Source: Podarcis erhardii
Taxonomy: Eukaryota
Length of the DNA: 64,000 nucleotides
Direction: 5' to 3' (one strand)
Assembly (NCBI GenBank): GCA_964252035.1
Contig: OZ176209.1
Positions 61,690 through 64,000 of the stretch are shown here, one piece after another (within the stretch, counting starts at the first letter, position 1; each line of letters starts with the position of its first letter). A program made the position numbers and the translations under genes. The notes beneath the pieces were generated by a model. That model saw only the letters and a program-made list of their open reading frames with translations. It was not told the DNA's origin and made no database searches.

Positions 61690-61880
61690 TATATTTATAT
61701 GTCACTTTTATCTTCCAAGGATCTCAAGGTAGTTCTCCTCCTCCCCATTTCATCCTCACAAAAACCCTGTGAGGTTGGTTACACTAAGAGCTGGTGACTG
61801 GCCCAAGATCAGCCTGTGAGCTTTTTGGCTGAGTGGAGATTCGAACCCTGCTCTCTCAGGTTCTAGTACAATACCCTAAA
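61690..61880 (-). mobile_element. MIR/CORE-like SINE remnant
   Basis: catttcatcctcaca..ccctgtgagg..ggcccaagatca..gagattcgaaccc CORE-like motifs. Confidence 0.6.
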
Positions 61881-62450
61881 AGTGCAAATCGGGTCTCAGT
61901 TCCACAAGCAGCAGTCAAGAGCATGTAACACCATACATACTGTAGTTGACAATACCATACATACAATACCATATTGTGAACTACCTACCATAAATCCAAG
62001 GTTAACTCTGTTTTAAGCCATGCACTGCACTTAATTGAAGTCACTTAACCTTAAGTGAGTTAAAACCAGTGCTTCTGCTTATCTGTTCAGTGGATGCATG
62101 TGCCCAGGGATTAATATTATCAGTTAGTCCCAATGCATTTCAGACTTCTTCTGTATTTTAGATATCCAAGCTCCACTGATGCTCAACTGAGATTAAATGC
62201 TTGGAAAGCTGTCCATCTTCCTGGCCAAAGCCAGGAGAATTGATGTGACAAAGTTGGCTTTCACGATCCACCCTTTGGGTCCCAAGCAGTTAGCTGAAAC
62301 GGTTGAAACTGCAAATATTTTATTTCATCTCACTCCTTGCCCTTCCTCCCAAAGAAGTCCAGGGCTGTGAGCACCAGAGTGATAAAACAAAACTACTGAA
62401 AATAAAACAAGCATATAAAAATGTGTAAAACAGCCACATACATACTACCG

Positions 62451-62788
62451 AGAGGGCTCTCTACCTGGTTCCCTGTAGCTTTGCTCATTCTCGCAATGAG
62501 GGAACTGCCAGAAGGCCCTCGGTGCTGGACCTCAGCGTCCGGGCAGAATGATGGGGGTGGAGACGCTCCTTCAGGTATACTGGGCCGAGGTTTAGGGCTT
62601 TAAAGGTCAACACCAACACTTTGAATTGTGCTCGGAAATGTACTGGGAGCCAATGTAGGTCTTTCAAGACCGGTGTTATGTTCAGCCCGTGTTATGTGGT
62701 CTTGGCAGCCGCCCCCAGTCACCAGTCTAGCTGCCGCATTCTGGATTAGTTGTAGTTTCCAGGTAGCCCCACGTAGAGCGCATTGCAG
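62451..62788 (-). mobile_element. L2 LINE ORF2 C-terminal fragment
   Basis: WKLQLIQNAAARLVTG..KDLHWLPVHFRAQFKVLVLTFKAL..YLKERL. Confidence 0.88.
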
Positions 62789-62893
62789 TAGTCCAACCCC
62801 CTGCAAAGCAGGAATATGCAGCTGCCCCATATGAGGATAGAAACTGCAACCTTGGCATTATCAGAAATCACGCTTTAACCAACTGAGCTATCC
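62789..62893 (-). mobile_element. Short tRNA-head SINE with a CR1-type tail, abutting the L2
   Basis: Minus-strand ggatagctcagttggttaaagcg..gccaaggttgcag..gcagggggttggac. It lacks a complete cloverleaf, so it is not a tRNA gene. Confidence 0.65.
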
Positions 62894-63139
62894 ATGCACT
62901 GGAACAGTATCTTTCAGTTGTCAAACGCATGGGTGCAAATGAGTGTTTTTAAGCTCCACCTGAAAGATATTAGAGGGGGACAAATGCACCTCGCCAGGGA
63001 GGACATTTCACAAATGGCAGCACCACTAACAGAGCCCTTTTTCCTGCTCGACTCTAGAGTCTGTGATGGTTGATATTGCAGGAAGCACTGTTTTAGCTAC
63101 CTGAGTCTCAAGCTGATTGGGCTTTGTATTAACACACTG

Positions 63140-63345
63140 AATTGGGACTGGAAGCTCACAGGAAGCCGGTGCTCAGCTTTCAGAACACATGGTACTACCA
63201 GGCTGCCATACTTGCCAGCTTAAAGGCCACATACTCCACTAGCTGCAGTCTCTTCCAAGGGCAGCCCCGCAAAGAGAGCATTACAGCAGTCCAGACGGGA
63301 GGTCAACAGAGAATGGGCAACTAAGCCCAGGGCAACCCAGCCTAG
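63140..63345 (-). mobile_element. Old L2 ORF2 fragment
   Basis: AHSLLTSRLDCCNALFAGLPL motif. Confidence 0.65.
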
Positions 63346-63403
63346 AAACAGCTGTACCAGTGAACCAATGTAAGGCCAGCATAAACACTTCAAGCCACAG
63401 ACA

Positions 63404-63994
63404 TGTCAGGGTCTGACTGGATGAGGAAGAGGGGTGACCGCCACCAGGGATGGCACAAAGGAAGGAGACATGGGCCCAGGACAGTGGGGATCAGTCTGTT
63501 GAAGGGACAAGTTGGGAGGTAGTAGAAGGAGGAGGTTTGAGTGAGCACAGATGGGATGGAAGAAGGAAGCCATTCCAGGACAGGCCTGGGTGCCAAGAAT
63601 CTTGTGTGAGCGCAGACCAGTGAAGAAGAGGCAGAAGCTACTTCTACAGCTGGACAGCAGCTGGACAGCTCCATTCCTGCTAGTTCTCCTCCTCCACTGA
63701 CACCCAGAACATGAAGAGTCCTGCAAATTAATGACCAATGGGCCAGACAGGCCCAGAAAGGAAGCTCTTCCCATCACTGCAGTATATGGCTGCTTGGGAG
63801 GAGTAGAGTTTGAGAGGCCTAGAGAGGGAAGGAAGGGCCAGACACCAGTTCCAGCAATGTCTTCAACTAGGGGAGACTAGTTCTGATGAGCTCTGTTGCG
63901 TTGTTGTTGTTTTTACTTTTGTGAGTATAAGCTAGTTGCATTTTGTGTCTCAAGTAATACTCCTGACCTGTGGATGACCTGCATTCTCTTGACA
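63404..63994 (+). mobile_element. Solo-LTR-like element, same group as 34347-34808
   Basis: TGTCA..TGACA termini, purine-rich 5' half, ctcctccactgacacccagaac motif. No TSD found. Confidence 0.5.
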
Positions 63995-64000
63995 GTCCCC

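Noticed and set aside
62789-62893. tRNA gene
   Set aside because: It has an A-box-like head but a degenerate T-arm, no acceptor-stem closure and a CR1-type tail, so it is a SINE head. The same applies to the Sauria SINE heads.
38985-64000. Expected upstream CADPS2 exon (..LKIKLAVRMDKP..KHSG) and the nested RNF133/RNF148-type genes known from mammalian CADPS2 introns
   Set aside because: No matching sequence was found on reading the minus strand; they presumably lie outside the window.

Overview
Vertebrate genomic DNA from a squamate, most likely a lacertid lizard (inferred from the Sauria SINE, BovB, L2 and MITE families present). The whole window lies inside CADPS2 on the minus strand. Eight internal coding exons (995 nt, all GT-AG, phases chaining correctly) run from the PH domain into the following helical region; the next upstream exon is outside the window (intron >25 kb). 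The introns are packed with transposon debris: Sauria SINEs, L2/CR1/L1/RTE/BovB LINE fragments, a DIRS remnant, solo LTRs, and hAT and Tc1/mariner MITEs. The most striking feature is a 742-bp non-autonomous hAT element (55342-56083; 15-bp TIRs, 8-bp TSD) carrying a DNA-level captured copy of sepiapterin reductase (SPR) exon 1 with its splice donor and the start of intron 1, i.e. Pack-type gene capture, now decaying at CpG sites. Weaker leads are a long-range intronic inverted repeat beside a candidate poison exon, a TGACA motif cluster, a candidate 9-nt micro-exon and several unusual insertion junctions. No CRISPR array, rRNA or true tRNA gene was found. Transposon family names and boundaries come from recalled motifs and are approximate unless TIR/TSD positions are given.
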